Shown piece by piece: positions 28,926 through 38,390 of a stretch of 49,456 nucleotides of DNA. Both the position numbers and the translations under genes were made by a program. The stretch comes from Deltaproteobacteria bacterium (GTDB lineage Bacteria > SAR324 > NAC60-12): contig PAZT01000029.1 of NCBI GenBank assembly GCA_002716165.1, positions 1 to 49,456 on the forward strand, written 5' to 3'. Within the stretch, counting starts at the first letter, position 1. Each line of letters opens with the position of its first letter. The notes under the pieces are model-generated. The model made no database searches, had not been told where the DNA came from, and was given only the letters and a program-made list of their open reading frames with translations.

Positions 28926-30230
28926 TTAAATAATTTGATTTCCTTTTTTAAGCTCCTGATAATGATTCAAAACTTTCTGGCGTGATCTCTGTGCGAGAGC
29001 TATTGCTTCTTTACGTAGATAATCATCATCTGGTTTCCAGTTTCGTGTGCGCAAACGATAAGGTCTCAACCCTAAATCGATGTCTTCATTTTTACAAAAT
29101 AATTCATCTATTTGAGGCCTTTTCACCCATGTATCCTTCAAGTTAATTTCTAGAGCGTAATACCAACTTGCAAAATTTTGTAATCGCTGATCTTCAAAAT
29201 ACCCAGCAGGTTTGAGAGATTCAACAAATTTTCTAAGTGCAGGATTTTGTTGAAATCTGTCATAATCTACTACATATAGGCTTTCTGAAAGAAACAGTGG
29301 AGCCCCATGTAGAAGAAGTCCCTTGGATTTAAGTGTGTTTCCTGTTTGCACAATTTCTAGACCAACACTACCCTTTTCAGCATTCATCAGAGTTTCTTCA
29401 ACATCGTCTACTGACTCGATGCGGAGCTGTGGGTATGCGGCCATCACGATACCACTGTAGCGACCTTTAACAAAAACATGGCGTCCGTGTTTTGATAGCG
29501 TTTCAAAATCAATTGGACTGCGTCGGCTTCCTCCTTTTTTTGAAATAAGAAAAAATCCAACCATATCCTGTACTTCCCCTCCAAAAACTTTGTTATAACT
29601 ACTTAGCATCGCTGAACCTGCAACACGAATACTAGTTGGTTTTTCCAACTGGTAGTTATACATGCCCCATTTAGTTACTTGGGTGGGATCACCCAAATAA
29701 TGCTGTGTCATGGAAAGAAGTTCATCCAGTCCAACAACCGTTAGATCAACTTCATCAAGCTTAATTAGAGATGATCCATTATGTGGTTCCTCACCCTCAA
29801 CACGTATTCGAGTTTTGCCAATTTGCCAGTCATAACCGAGGAAGCCTACTCGGTAAGGACGAAGTTTTCGTTTTCGATCCACAGAAATTGAAAAACATGA
29901 CGGCGCAGATTTTGAAATTTCTTGAAGAAAACCGAGAGCTTGCGAAAGGTCCGTAGTGCTTCTTCGCTTGCTTTCAGCCAGCACATTTAAAATTTTATCA
30001 ATTTCATCTCCATTGATCCCCATACTTTTCAAATTGTTAAGGAAATTATTCAACGTGCGACCCGTACGGGGGACTGCACATGTAAGGTCAAATGATGGTT
30101 TGAAATTTAATTTAGACAAAACTAAAATTTTTCGTAATTTTTCATACTTACTCTGTAGCAAATCAGAATTGCATCTTAGTGTAAATACCGAAGATAGCCT
30201 AAGTAATTGTAAAAAAGATTCTCGTATCAT
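28926..30230 (-). CDS. expanded HisG-like (ATP phosphoribosyltransferase fold) protein, function uncertain
   Basis: AVPRTGRTLNNFLNNLKSMGI resembles the HisG N-terminus (A.P.KGRL......L...GI). DLTVVGLDELL resembles D.GI.G.D.L.E. GLEIVQTGNTLKSKGL resembles the PRPP-loop IVD.V.TGNTL..NGL. Extra N-terminal, internal and ~100-aa C-terminal segments. Alternative TTG start at 30242. Confidence 0.5.
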   Translation of the reverse strand: MIRESFLQLLRLSSVFTLRCNSDLLQSKYEKLRKILVLSKLNFKPSFDLTCAVPRTGRTLNNFLNNLKSMGINGDEIDKILNVLAESKRRSTTDLSQALGFLQEISKSAPSCFSISVDRKRKLRPYRVGFLGYDWQIGKTRIRVEGEEPHNGSSLIKLDEVDLTVVGLDELLSMTQHYLGDPTQVTKWGMYNYQLEKPTSIRVAGSAMLSSYNKVFGGEVQDMVGFFLISKKGGSRRSPIDFETLSKHGRHVFVKGRYSGIVMAAYPQLRIESVDDVEETLMNAEKGSVGLEIVQTGNTLKSKGLLLHGAPLFLSESLYVVDYDRFQQNPALRKFVESLKPAGYFEDQRLQNFASWYYALEINLKDTWVKRPQIDELFCKNEDIDLGLRPYRLRTRNWKPDDDYLRKEAIALAQRSRQKVLNHYQELKKGNQII

Positions 30231-30525
30231 TGCTGAAAACAAACAAGATTTTTGTAATAATATTACCTGAAATAGTTAGAGAAAACCTGAAATAAATATA
30301 ATCTCAAACTGCAGAATATGACTGTAAGTTATCCCTCCCTTTTTGTAGGGTTCTATGTTGTCAGAGTAGGATTTTACTCTTGTTGATTTAATCTATAAAA
30401 TCTAAATTTCACATGTTTTAAAAGAAGTCGATTGTCTCAAGATTGAACCTTTTATTGCTGAATTGAGTATAAACTCCAAAAAATGAAATATGTTTAGTTC
30501 ATAAGCTTAAATAAAAGCCTGAATT

Positions 30526-31572
30526 ATGTTAGCGGAAAAAAACAAAAAATTTCTGAGAGATAATAAGTTAAAAAAATCCGATTCAGTAGGCGGAGAAAAC
30601 TTGAGTGAAAGAGTTTCTGTTGCTGAAGAACCTATTCTAGAGGGGGTATGGAAAATAAAATTTGAAGGAAAAGGTTCGGAATTATTTGGAATATTTATAG
30701 ATAATTTTTTCTTAAATTTGTTCACATTGGGAATATATTATCCTTGGGCAAAAGCCAAAAAGAATCGTTATTTTTACAGTTCCACATGCATTAACAATGG
30801 CTATTTTCAGTTCCACGGTAACGGAAAGGAAATGTTTTTTGGGCTTATAAAAGCTCTAGTGGTATTATTTTTTTTAAATTTTATCTACGAGGCATTTATT
30901 TTTGGTAAGGCTATGGATTGGAAACTGTTAATAGGTGGGATATTTTATTTTCTGTTTTTTTGGTTATTGATTGTAATTGCATCTATAGGAACTAAACGTT
31001 ACCGTATGAGCCGAACATCTTGGAGAGGTATACGATTTCGATTTGAAGGTACATTCAAAGAAATTACAATACTGATCGCAAAAGGCTGGCTGATTAACAT
31101 ACTCACTCTGGGACTTTATTATCCTTATTATCTTAACCAATTTCAGTCATATTGGACTTCAAGGAGCAGTTTTGGGAACATTGATTTTAACTATGACGGA
31201 CAAGGCAAGGATGTCTTTCAAATTTGGATCAAAGGAATACTGTTTTCTATAATCACTTTTGGCATATATTTATTCTGGCTAAAAGCGAATCTACATCGAT
31301 ATTTCTGGAAACATACCATGTACAGTGATACAAGAATTGTTTCAAATTTGTATGGTGGAATCTGGCTGAAAGAGTCATTGATTTATATTTTACAGGTTAT
31401 TTTTACATTTGGATTTGGCATGGCATGGGCGGAAGTACGCTACAAAAAGTTTTATCTAGAGACATTTAGGCTTGAAGGTAAAATTAATCTTACAGAAATA
31501 AAACAGTCTGAAGCAAGGTGGACCGGTGCGACAGGAGAAGGAATGGCAGATTTTTTTGATGTGGAAATGTGA
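30526..31572 (+). CDS. YjgN-family (DUF898) inner-membrane protein
   Basis: Repeated TLG(I/L)YYPW/Y motifs following TM helices: LGIYYPWAKAKKNRYF, LGLYYPYYLNQFQSYW and FGIYLFWLKANLHRYF. Confidence 0.8.
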   Translation: MLAEKNKKFLRDNKLKKSDSVGGENLSERVSVAEEPILEGVWKIKFEGKGSELFGIFIDNFFLNLFTLGIYYPWAKAKKNRYFYSSTCINNGYFQFHGNGKEMFFGLIKALVVLFFLNFIYEAFIFGKAMDWKLLIGGIFYFLFFWLLIVIASIGTKRYRMSRTSWRGIRFRFEGTFKEITILIAKGWLINILTLGLYYPYYLNQFQSYWTSRSSFGNIDFNYDGQGKDVFQIWIKGILFSIITFGIYLFWLKANLHRYFWKHTMYSDTRIVSNLYGGIWLKESLIYILQVIFTFGFGMAWAEVRYKKFYLETFRLEGKINLTEIKQSEARWTGATGEGMADFFDVEM

Positions 31573-31575
31573 TAT

Positions 31576-32625
31576 ATGGCTGTAAAAAGTAAGGGAAATT
31601 ATTTTGACGGTAAGTCAGCTGCTAGTCATAAGGTAGAAATTCAGCATGTCACTGAAGGTGTTTTGATAAAATTTGCTGATGGACGAATGCGCGTCTGGTG
31701 TAGTTGTGATTTTCGCCTGAAACAGGATCGTCCAAAAGGACCTATAAGATTAGAGTACGGAGAATTCACTCCAGAGATAATTGAAGTGGAAGATCTTTCA
31801 TTTCAGAGAGGGTTAAAAGAGAAGCTCTTCAAAAGACCGAAGTATTTGTCAAATTGGCTGACATTGCTAGCTGTGCTTATAATTCCCTCGATAATTTTTT
31901 GGTTTATCCCTTTAGCTTCGGGGTGGCTTGTTCACTTTGTGCCTGTTTCTGTTGAAAAACAGCTGGGTAATTACGTGGTCAATGAATTGTTCCCAGACCG
32001 CCGAATTTGTCAGTCAGATGAAGGCAGAAAATCATTGGATGAAATGGTTATGCGATTAACCGCTAAAGATTCTACGTACAATTTTAAGGTTGAAGTTGTT
32101 GATTCAGATTTGGTGAATGCATTTGCTTTACCGGGCGGAAACATTCTAATCTTCCGTGGCTTGCTTGAAAAAAATCCTTCAGCAGATGGACTTGCTGGGG
32201 TTCTGGCTCACGAGATGCAGCATGTTGCGCTCCGGCATGGGACATTAAACATACTTAGACAGATTGCTCTTTCAGGTATTTTCAAGCTTCTCTCTGGAGA
32301 AGCAGGATCTTTTGCCAAAACTTATTTTGATTGGGTGCACATTCTTTCAATCCTCAAATATACGCGTCAGCTTGAAGATGAAGCTGATACATCTGCCCTA
32401 ATGCTATTAGTGAAAAATAAGGTAGATCCTTCTGAAATGATAAAAATGTACCAGATTTTAAGTAAACATTCTTCTTCCTTACCGGAAGCAGTTTCATCTC
32501 ATCCTGACATTTCCTCTAGAATAGGAAGATTAAAATCTTTATTTCAGAATGAACCTGAATTTGAGAGCAATAATGTTCTTACGAAAAAAAAATGGGAATC
32601 TTTAAAGAAAATTTGTCAGATTTAA
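31576..32625 (+). CDS. M48-family zinc metallopeptidase with N-terminal soluble domain and TM anchor
   Basis: HEMQHVALRH (HExxH) preceded by NAFALPGG, with a downstream E..AD third-ligand region. Starts 3 nt after the DUF898 gene. Confidence 0.85.
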   Translation: MAVKSKGNYFDGKSAASHKVEIQHVTEGVLIKFADGRMRVWCSCDFRLKQDRPKGPIRLEYGEFTPEIIEVEDLSFQRGLKEKLFKRPKYLSNWLTLLAVLIIPSIIFWFIPLASGWLVHFVPVSVEKQLGNYVVNELFPDRRICQSDEGRKSLDEMVMRLTAKDSTYNFKVEVVDSDLVNAFALPGGNILIFRGLLEKNPSADGLAGVLAHEMQHVALRHGTLNILRQIALSGIFKLLSGEAGSFAKTYFDWVHILSILKYTRQLEDEADTSALMLLVKNKVDPSEMIKMYQILSKHSSSLPEAVSSHPDISSRIGRLKSLFQNEPEFESNNVLTKKKWESLKKICQI

Positions 32626-32734
32626 TATTTAATGTAAAAAATAATCAAATATCTAATTTATAATTTTACTTAAACATGGACTGTCATAGAGAAATTTTAA
32701 TCTGAAGAAAAGATTTTCCTGAGTATTTCAATTA

Positions 32735-34804
32735 TTAAGTAGCTTCTATAGCTTCAAGAACAATTTCTGCAACATCTTTGGTCTTGACGGTTTCGCTTTT
32801 ACCCTTTGCTGTAATTCCGTCACTTAACATAGTCATGCAAAATGGACATGCAGTTGCTACTGTGGATGCACCTGTATTTAATGCTTCCTCGGTGCGTGTT
32901 TCATTTATACGAGATCCAATTTTTTCTTCCATCCACATTCTTGAGCCACCGGCTCCACAACAAAAACTTTCAATGCCATGTCGTTTCATTTCAACTAGAG
33001 GTTCATTCCCAGAATTATTTAATAGCTTACGGGGGGATTCATATTCTTGGTTATAGCGACCAAGATAACAGGAATCGTGATATGTAACAGTGTCTTTGAG
33101 ATTACTTCCAAGCGGCAGTTTGTTTTCATCAACTAGTTTTTGAATGAATTGGGTATGATGAAACACTTCGTATTCACCTCCAAGCTGTGGATATTCATTT
33201 TTGATTGTATTCAGGCAGTGCGGACAAGAGGTAACAATTTTTTTGATGTTGTAGTTATTTAGTGTTTCCACATTTTCGCCTGCTAACATCTGAAATAGCA
33301 TTTCATTCCCCGAACGTCTAGCTAGGTCTCCTGTACATTTCTCTTCACTACCCAGTATGGCAAATTTTACTCCTGCTTTCTTGTAAAGTGTTGCAGTTGC
33401 TCGGGCAATTTTCTGGTTTCTACTATCATAAGAACCAGCACATCCGACCCACATCAAAACTTCAATTTCATCTGATGGCTCTTCATTTTCTCTGTTTCTA
33501 TCCGACATCAAAGGAATTTCCATCCCATTCGCCCAGTCTGCCCTTTGATCGAAGCCTATGCCCCATGGATTAAAGTTGCGCTCCAGTCCTTTAAAAGTAT
33601 TGGTCATTTCAGGAGGATAGTTCTCTTCCATCATGGTCTGGTTTTGGCGCATTGCGATAATTCTAGGAACATGTTCAATTGAAACAGGACAAGCCTCTTC
33701 GCAAGCTCGGCATGTTGTACATGCCCAAAGTGTATCTGGATGAATGATATCACCAACGAGAGTTTTTTCCTCTGCTGTTTTTCCTGTTGTGAAAAGTGTT
33801 CTTTCCTCATTTCGCAAGTGTTTCAGGAGAGACTGATTGAACCACTTTAAAGTGAGTGGTTTGTCAGTGACGTAAGTTGGACAGACATCATGGCAACGAC
33901 CACACTCTGTACATGAGAAGAGGTCTAGACCTTGTTTCCAGGTCAAGTGTTCCAACTTATTCACACCAATATTTCCTTCTTCCCACAATTTTTCATCCTC
34001 CAAATTTGTCAAAGGTGCAGGAGCATGAGGATAATCTAGAGAACCAAAAAAAATATTTGGCAATGCGGTTATTTCATGAAACTGCTTGGTGTTAATAAGC
34101 AAATTAAGGAAAATTAGCATTGCGGCAACATGTCCCCAGTAGCCAAAATAATAAAAGAATGCATTTCCTCCCTCTCCAAAAAAATTTAAAACCTTTGACA
34201 CGAGAAAGCTCACTGGAGCCCATTGCCATTCAGTTCCATATTCTGTGCTTTGAAAAAAATGAAGATTATGACCAAAATTTTCCACCAGATTATAACGAGC
34301 AGCATCAAACAGTATATCTGTGAGCATGATAGCGACTATGAAAAGTAAAACATAGATGCCCTCCCAGTTAAGTTCCAATCGCTCGGGTTTTGGCCAGATT
34401 CTTCGGTATAGAGCGACTAAAACCAAGGCGAGTACCAAGACTTCTGCAACGTTGTAAACAGAGATATAAATGAACCCAAGAATGGAGTCTGAACCAAGCA
34501 GTGGCAGATATTCTTGGAACCCAGTTAAAAAACCTTCCCCCATCAATGTAAGTTCTCGCACTCCTATAATTAGCGCTCCCCAGAAAATAAACGCATGCAT
34601 GATTCCTGAACCACGTTCTCTACTTCGCCCGATAAGCCTTTCCTGTCCGATCCCCATTTTTAGCAATCTGCCTATACGTCTTTTGATATCTTTAAATCGG
34701 CTTTCTGGTGCCATTTTTGTAAGAGCACCAAACTTGACGATGAGCTGCAAAGCTAAAATCCCCCAGGCAAAAAACATTACCAATGACATTAACCAAGGAT
34801 TCAT
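32735..34804 (-). CDS. membrane-anchored Fe-S oxidoreductase, DsrM/NarI-like TM domain fused to an HdrD/DsrK/GlpC-like domain
   Basis: N-terminal multi-TM region. Two 4Fe-4S motifs, CTECGRCHDVCP and CTTCRACEEACP. Two CCG-type Cys-rich repeats: WVGCAG...CPHC and HDSCYLGR...FCCGAGG. Confidence 0.85.
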   Translation of the reverse strand: MNPWLMSLVMFFAWGILALQLIVKFGALTKMAPESRFKDIKRRIGRLLKMGIGQERLIGRSRERGSGIMHAFIFWGALIIGVRELTLMGEGFLTGFQEYLPLLGSDSILGFIYISVYNVAEVLVLALVLVALYRRIWPKPERLELNWEGIYVLLFIVAIMLTDILFDAARYNLVENFGHNLHFFQSTEYGTEWQWAPVSFLVSKVLNFFGEGGNAFFYYFGYWGHVAAMLIFLNLLINTKQFHEITALPNIFFGSLDYPHAPAPLTNLEDEKLWEEGNIGVNKLEHLTWKQGLDLFSCTECGRCHDVCPTYVTDKPLTLKWFNQSLLKHLRNEERTLFTTGKTAEEKTLVGDIIHPDTLWACTTCRACEEACPVSIEHVPRIIAMRQNQTMMEENYPPEMTNTFKGLERNFNPWGIGFDQRADWANGMEIPLMSDRNRENEEPSDEIEVLMWVGCAGSYDSRNQKIARATATLYKKAGVKFAILGSEEKCTGDLARRSGNEMLFQMLAGENVETLNNYNIKKIVTSCPHCLNTIKNEYPQLGGEYEVFHHTQFIQKLVDENKLPLGSNLKDTVTYHDSCYLGRYNQEYESPRKLLNNSGNEPLVEMKRHGIESFCCGAGGSRMWMEEKIGSRINETRTEEALNTGASTVATACPFCMTMLSDGITAKGKSETVKTKDVAEIVLEAIEAT

Positions 34805-35151
34805 TATATTTTCTTTTTATTAAAAGTTACTGATGGAATAAAATGAAAATTATTAAAATGAGATAAAAATCAAATTGTAAATAATGCTATAATTTTATAA
34901 TTTCTTTAATTTTTGGGCAAGGTAAATACAATGCTTTTTTGTTTTGCAGTATATTAGATGTTTTTAAAAATCATATTTTGATCTCCTTAAGAAATTTGTC
35001 TTCGCATTTTTTAATAGAATATTTCATCTTTTTAAAGAGTAGGAATAAATGAATTATGCTTATACATTTTGTTCCAAAAGTAGGAAATATTGATATTATA
35101 TAATGAATTTATAATTGTAAAAAATAATTTTAATTGGTTTTTTAGGCAAAT

Positions 35152-36000
35152 ATGGAATTTTTTAAAAAAATATACTTTCTTCTCTTTTTAAAACTATTAT
35201 TCCTTTTTGGTTGTAGCACAGGCAAACTGTTTTATGACTATGGAGATGAAATGGTTTCCTGGCAGGTTGATAATTATTTTGACCTAACTATTAAGCAAGA
35301 AGAGTGGATTGAAGAGCGCATGAGAATGCATCTTAATTGGCATCGAAATAAAGAATTACCACGTTATAGGGACTTTTTGATTGAAATTCAGAACAAGTCT
35401 GGAGATGGTTTGACAATGAGTGAATTGGACGAAGGGTATGCAAGGCTTGATCAGAAAAGGATTATCATACTTGAGACTTTACTTTCTGACACAGCATTAT
35501 TTTTAGCAGAAATAAGTCCAGAGCAGATTAATACTCTTGAAAAAAAAATGATTGAAGATAATCAAGAAATGGAGGAAAATTTGGAATCTCCAGAAAAACT
35601 TTTCAGAGAGAGGAAGGAGAGTTTCTGGGAGCAAATGGAAGACTGGTTTGGGGATTTTAGTGTAGATCAGAAAGATGAGATTAATAGACTGCATTCAGAG
35701 TGGTTCTCAAGAACAAAAGATCCTTTGTTAGCCAGATTAGAAAGACGACGTGAATCGCAGTTACGGTTCTTAACTCAGTTGCGTTCATCTCAAGACAAGA
35801 CAGAACTTGAAAAATGGCTTCGTGTTTCAGTAATTAACTGGCAAGGAGAGCCTAATAAGGTTAAGCAAAAAAGAATACTTCGAAATAAAAAAAGGATTTT
35901 ACAAGTTGACAAGTTTTTAACAACTGAACAGCGTATGCATGCAGTTAGAGAATTAGATGAATGGATTGAAATTCTTGATAGCATAATTTTGGATAATTGA
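35152..36000 (+). CDS. lipoprotein, hypothetical (helical, acidic)
   Basis: Signal peptide with lipobox LFGCS. No catalytic motif recognised. Confidence 0.5.
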   Translation: MEFFKKIYFLLFLKLLFLFGCSTGKLFYDYGDEMVSWQVDNYFDLTIKQEEWIEERMRMHLNWHRNKELPRYRDFLIEIQNKSGDGLTMSELDEGYARLDQKRIIILETLLSDTALFLAEISPEQINTLEKKMIEDNQEMEENLESPEKLFRERKESFWEQMEDWFGDFSVDQKDEINRLHSEWFSRTKDPLLARLERRRESQLRFLTQLRSSQDKTELEKWLRVSVINWQGEPNKVKQKRILRNKKRILQVDKFLTTEQRMHAVRELDEWIEILDSIILDN

Positions 36001-36095
36001 TTGCTATTAAGAAAAAGATTGTCTAATCGAATCTTGAAATTAAGGTGATTTTGGGTTGTAATAATACTACTTTAAACCAACATCCAAAAAAAAAT

Positions 36096-37259
36096 ATGAG
36101 CGAAATGTTATTTACTTCAGAAAGCGTGACGGAAGGGCATCCAGACAAAATGTCTGACCAAATATCTGATGCCATTCTTGACGCATTAATTGAGCAGGAC
36201 CCTTTTAGTAGGGTGGCCTGTGAAACACTTGTTACAACGGGTATGGTAATAGTTGCAGGTGAAGTTACCTCAAAAGCAGTTATTGACATGCAGAAAATTG
36301 TAAGAAATACCATAGAACAAATTGGTTATGTTGACTCCAAAATGGGATTTGATTATAAAACATGTGCTGTTTTGATTAGCCTTGATAAACAGTCGCCTAA
36401 CATTGCCCAAGGAGTAAACGAAGGGGAAGGTTCTCACACAGAGCAAGGAGCTGGAGATCAAGGATTAATGTTTGGTTATGCATGCGAGGAAACTTCTGAA
36501 TTAATGCCTCTGCCTATTCAGTTAGCTCACAGGCTTACTGAGAGACTTACCGAAGTACGTAAGAAAGGGAAACTGGAGTACCTTCGTCCAGATGGTAAAT
36601 CACAGGTAACAGTACGCTATGTCGATGGTGAACCGATATCAGTTGAAGCAGTTGTAATAAGCACGCAGCATTCTGATGAGGTAAGTCAAGATAGGATTCG
36701 TGAGGATATTATTAAAAATGTTATCAAAGAAGTTATTCCCTCCAAATACTTGAATGGTTCCCCAAAATTTCATATCAATCCAACTGGGCTTTTTGTAATC
36801 GGTGGACCACAGGGAGATTGTGGATTGACAGGCAGAAAAATAATTGTTGACACATACGGAGGAATGGGAAGACATGGTGGTGGAGCATTTTCAGGCAAAG
36901 ACCCATCCAAGGTTGACCGCTCTGCTGCCTATGCGGCACGTCACGTGGCAAAGAACCTAGTTGCAGCAGGACTTGCATCAAGATGCGAGGTACAACTGGC
37001 TTATGCCATTGGAGTAGCTGAACCAGTCTCAGTCTCTGTTGATACATTCGGCACAGGCAAGATTGAAGAATCAAAAATAATAAATTTGATTCGTGATAAT
37101 TTTGAACTTAAGCCTGCAGGGCTGATCAGCTTTCTCAAACTAATGCGTCCAATCTATCAAAAAACTTCTGCATATGGTCATTTCGGAAGGGAAATTCCAG
37201 AGTTTACATGGGAAGCAAGGGATAAAGCTGATCAGATCAGAAAAAAGGCAGGATTGTAA
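36096..37259 (+). CDS. metK: S-adenosylmethionine synthetase
   Basis: [28 protein letters not shown] and DRSAAY motifs. ATG at 36096 gives the canonical N-terminus; the track start at 36045 is an upstream extension. Confidence 0.96.
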   Translation: MSEMLFTSESVTEGHPDKMSDQISDAILDALIEQDPFSRVACETLVTTGMVIVAGEVTSKAVIDMQKIVRNTIEQIGYVDSKMGFDYKTCAVLISLDKQSPNIAQGVNEGEGSHTEQGAGDQGLMFGYACEETSELMPLPIQLAHRLTERLTEVRKKGKLEYLRPDGKSQVTVRYVDGEPISVEAVVISTQHSDEVSQDRIREDIIKNVIKEVIPSKYLNGSPKFHINPTGLFVIGGPQGDCGLTGRKIIVDTYGGMGRHGGGAFSGKDPSKVDRSAAYAARHVAKNLVAAGLASRCEVQLAYAIGVAEPVSVSVDTFGTGKIEESKIINLIRDNFELKPAGLISFLKLMRPIYQKTSAYGHFGREIPEFTWEARDKADQIRKKAGL

Positions 37260-37262
37260 AAA

Positions 37263-37532
37263 ATGCTTAGTCAGGAGATTACGATCGTTAATCGTCTAGG
37301 GCTGCATGCCAGAGCTGCAGCTCAACTTGTGCGTATGGCAAATGAGTATCCTTGTGATATTAACCTTGATAAAGACGGACAAATCTCTAATGCCAAATCA
37401 GTGATGGAGGTATTAATGTTAGGGGCCACCTCTGGGACTTCCTTAAAAATTAGTGCTAATGGTGAAAAAGAGGATGAAGCTTTAAAGGCTATAATAGAAC
37501 TGTTTGAGGCTCGTTTTAATGAATTAGAATGA
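37263..37532 (+). CDS. ptsH: HPr-family phosphocarrier protein
   Basis: 89 aa. Active-site His context NRLGLHARAAA. Regulatory Ser context NAKSVMEVLMLG. Confidence 0.85.
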   Translation: MLSQEITIVNRLGLHARAAAQLVRMANEYPCDINLDKDGQISNAKSVMEVLMLGATSGTSLKISANGEKEDEALKAIIELFEARFNELE

Positions 37533-38374
37533 CGGAATCAATAAGCGGAACTACTGAAATTTTCGGATTAATAGGTGATCCGGTCGAACATTCACTTTCC
37601 CCACAAATGATGAATGCAGCTTTCTCTACTTATAAATTGGATGCTCGTTATATGGCTTTTAAGGTTAGAGTGGAAGATGTGTCTCTAGCGATTGGAGCAA
37701 TAAGGGCTTTGAATTTCGCTGGAGTAAACGTTACCTTACCTCATAAAAGCACAGTCATCCCATACTTAGATGAGGTAACTCCAATCGCTAAAAAGATTGG
37801 AGCTGTTAATACAATTAGCAATGTCAGAGGACATCTGAAGGGTACAAATACTGATTTTTCAGGATTTATACGTTCACTGAAAAAATTAAATTTTACTCCA
37901 AAAAACAAAGTGATCGCCATTCTTGGAGCAGGAGGTTCTGCAAGAGCATTGGTAGCCGGTCTTGCAGATGCAGGTGCTTCGCGTTTAATCATAAATAATA
38001 GAACTGCTGAAAGAGCCGAAAAATTAGTGAAAGAATTTTCACAATTTTTCCCAGAGACGAAACTCGAAGCAGTGACGTTGCAGACTATCAAAGAAACAAC
38101 TCTCGATTTACTGGTCAATACAACTACTGTAGGAATGTTTTCTTCTGGACTCCCGGTTGACATAATGGAATGTCGAGAAATAAGTATTCTGGCAGATTTA
38201 ATTTACAGTCCAAGAAAAACTTCTCTTATTAAGCAGGCTGAAAAAATGGGGATTCCTTCTCTTAATGGAATTGGTATGCTGCTCTACCAGGGTTGTGAGT
38301 CATTTACTTTCTGGACAGGTAAAAAGGCCCCGGAAGAAGCAATGCATAATAGGTTGCTAAGTTTAATTGATTGA
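37529..38374 (+). CDS. aroE: shikimate dehydrogenase
   Basis: GLIGDPVEHSLSP, NVTLPHK, GAVNT, GTNTD and GAGGSARA motifs. ATGA overlap with the HPr gene. Confidence 0.9.
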   Translation: MTESISGTTEIFGLIGDPVEHSLSPQMMNAAFSTYKLDARYMAFKVRVEDVSLAIGAIRALNFAGVNVTLPHKSTVIPYLDEVTPIAKKIGAVNTISNVRGHLKGTNTDFSGFIRSLKKLNFTPKNKVIAILGAGGSARALVAGLADAGASRLIINNRTAERAEKLVKEFSQFFPETKLEAVTLQTIKETTLDLLVNTTTVGMFSSGLPVDIMECREISILADLIYSPRKTSLIKQAEKMGIPSLNGIGMLLYQGCESFTFWTGKKAPEEAMHNRLLSLID

Positions 38375-38390
38375 TTTGATTATTTTTAAC

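Noticed and set aside
29771-30270. Two plus-strand ORFs (61 and 104 aa) opposite the HisG-like gene.
   Set aside because: They are antisense to a longer ORF that carries recognisable HisG motifs, and they have no SD or motif of their own.
36001-36095. Possible SAM riboswitch in the metK leader.
   Set aside because: I could not find the conserved SAM-I, SAM-II or SAM-V core sequences or a convincing pseudoknot by eye. An Infernal/Rfam scan is needed before any claim.
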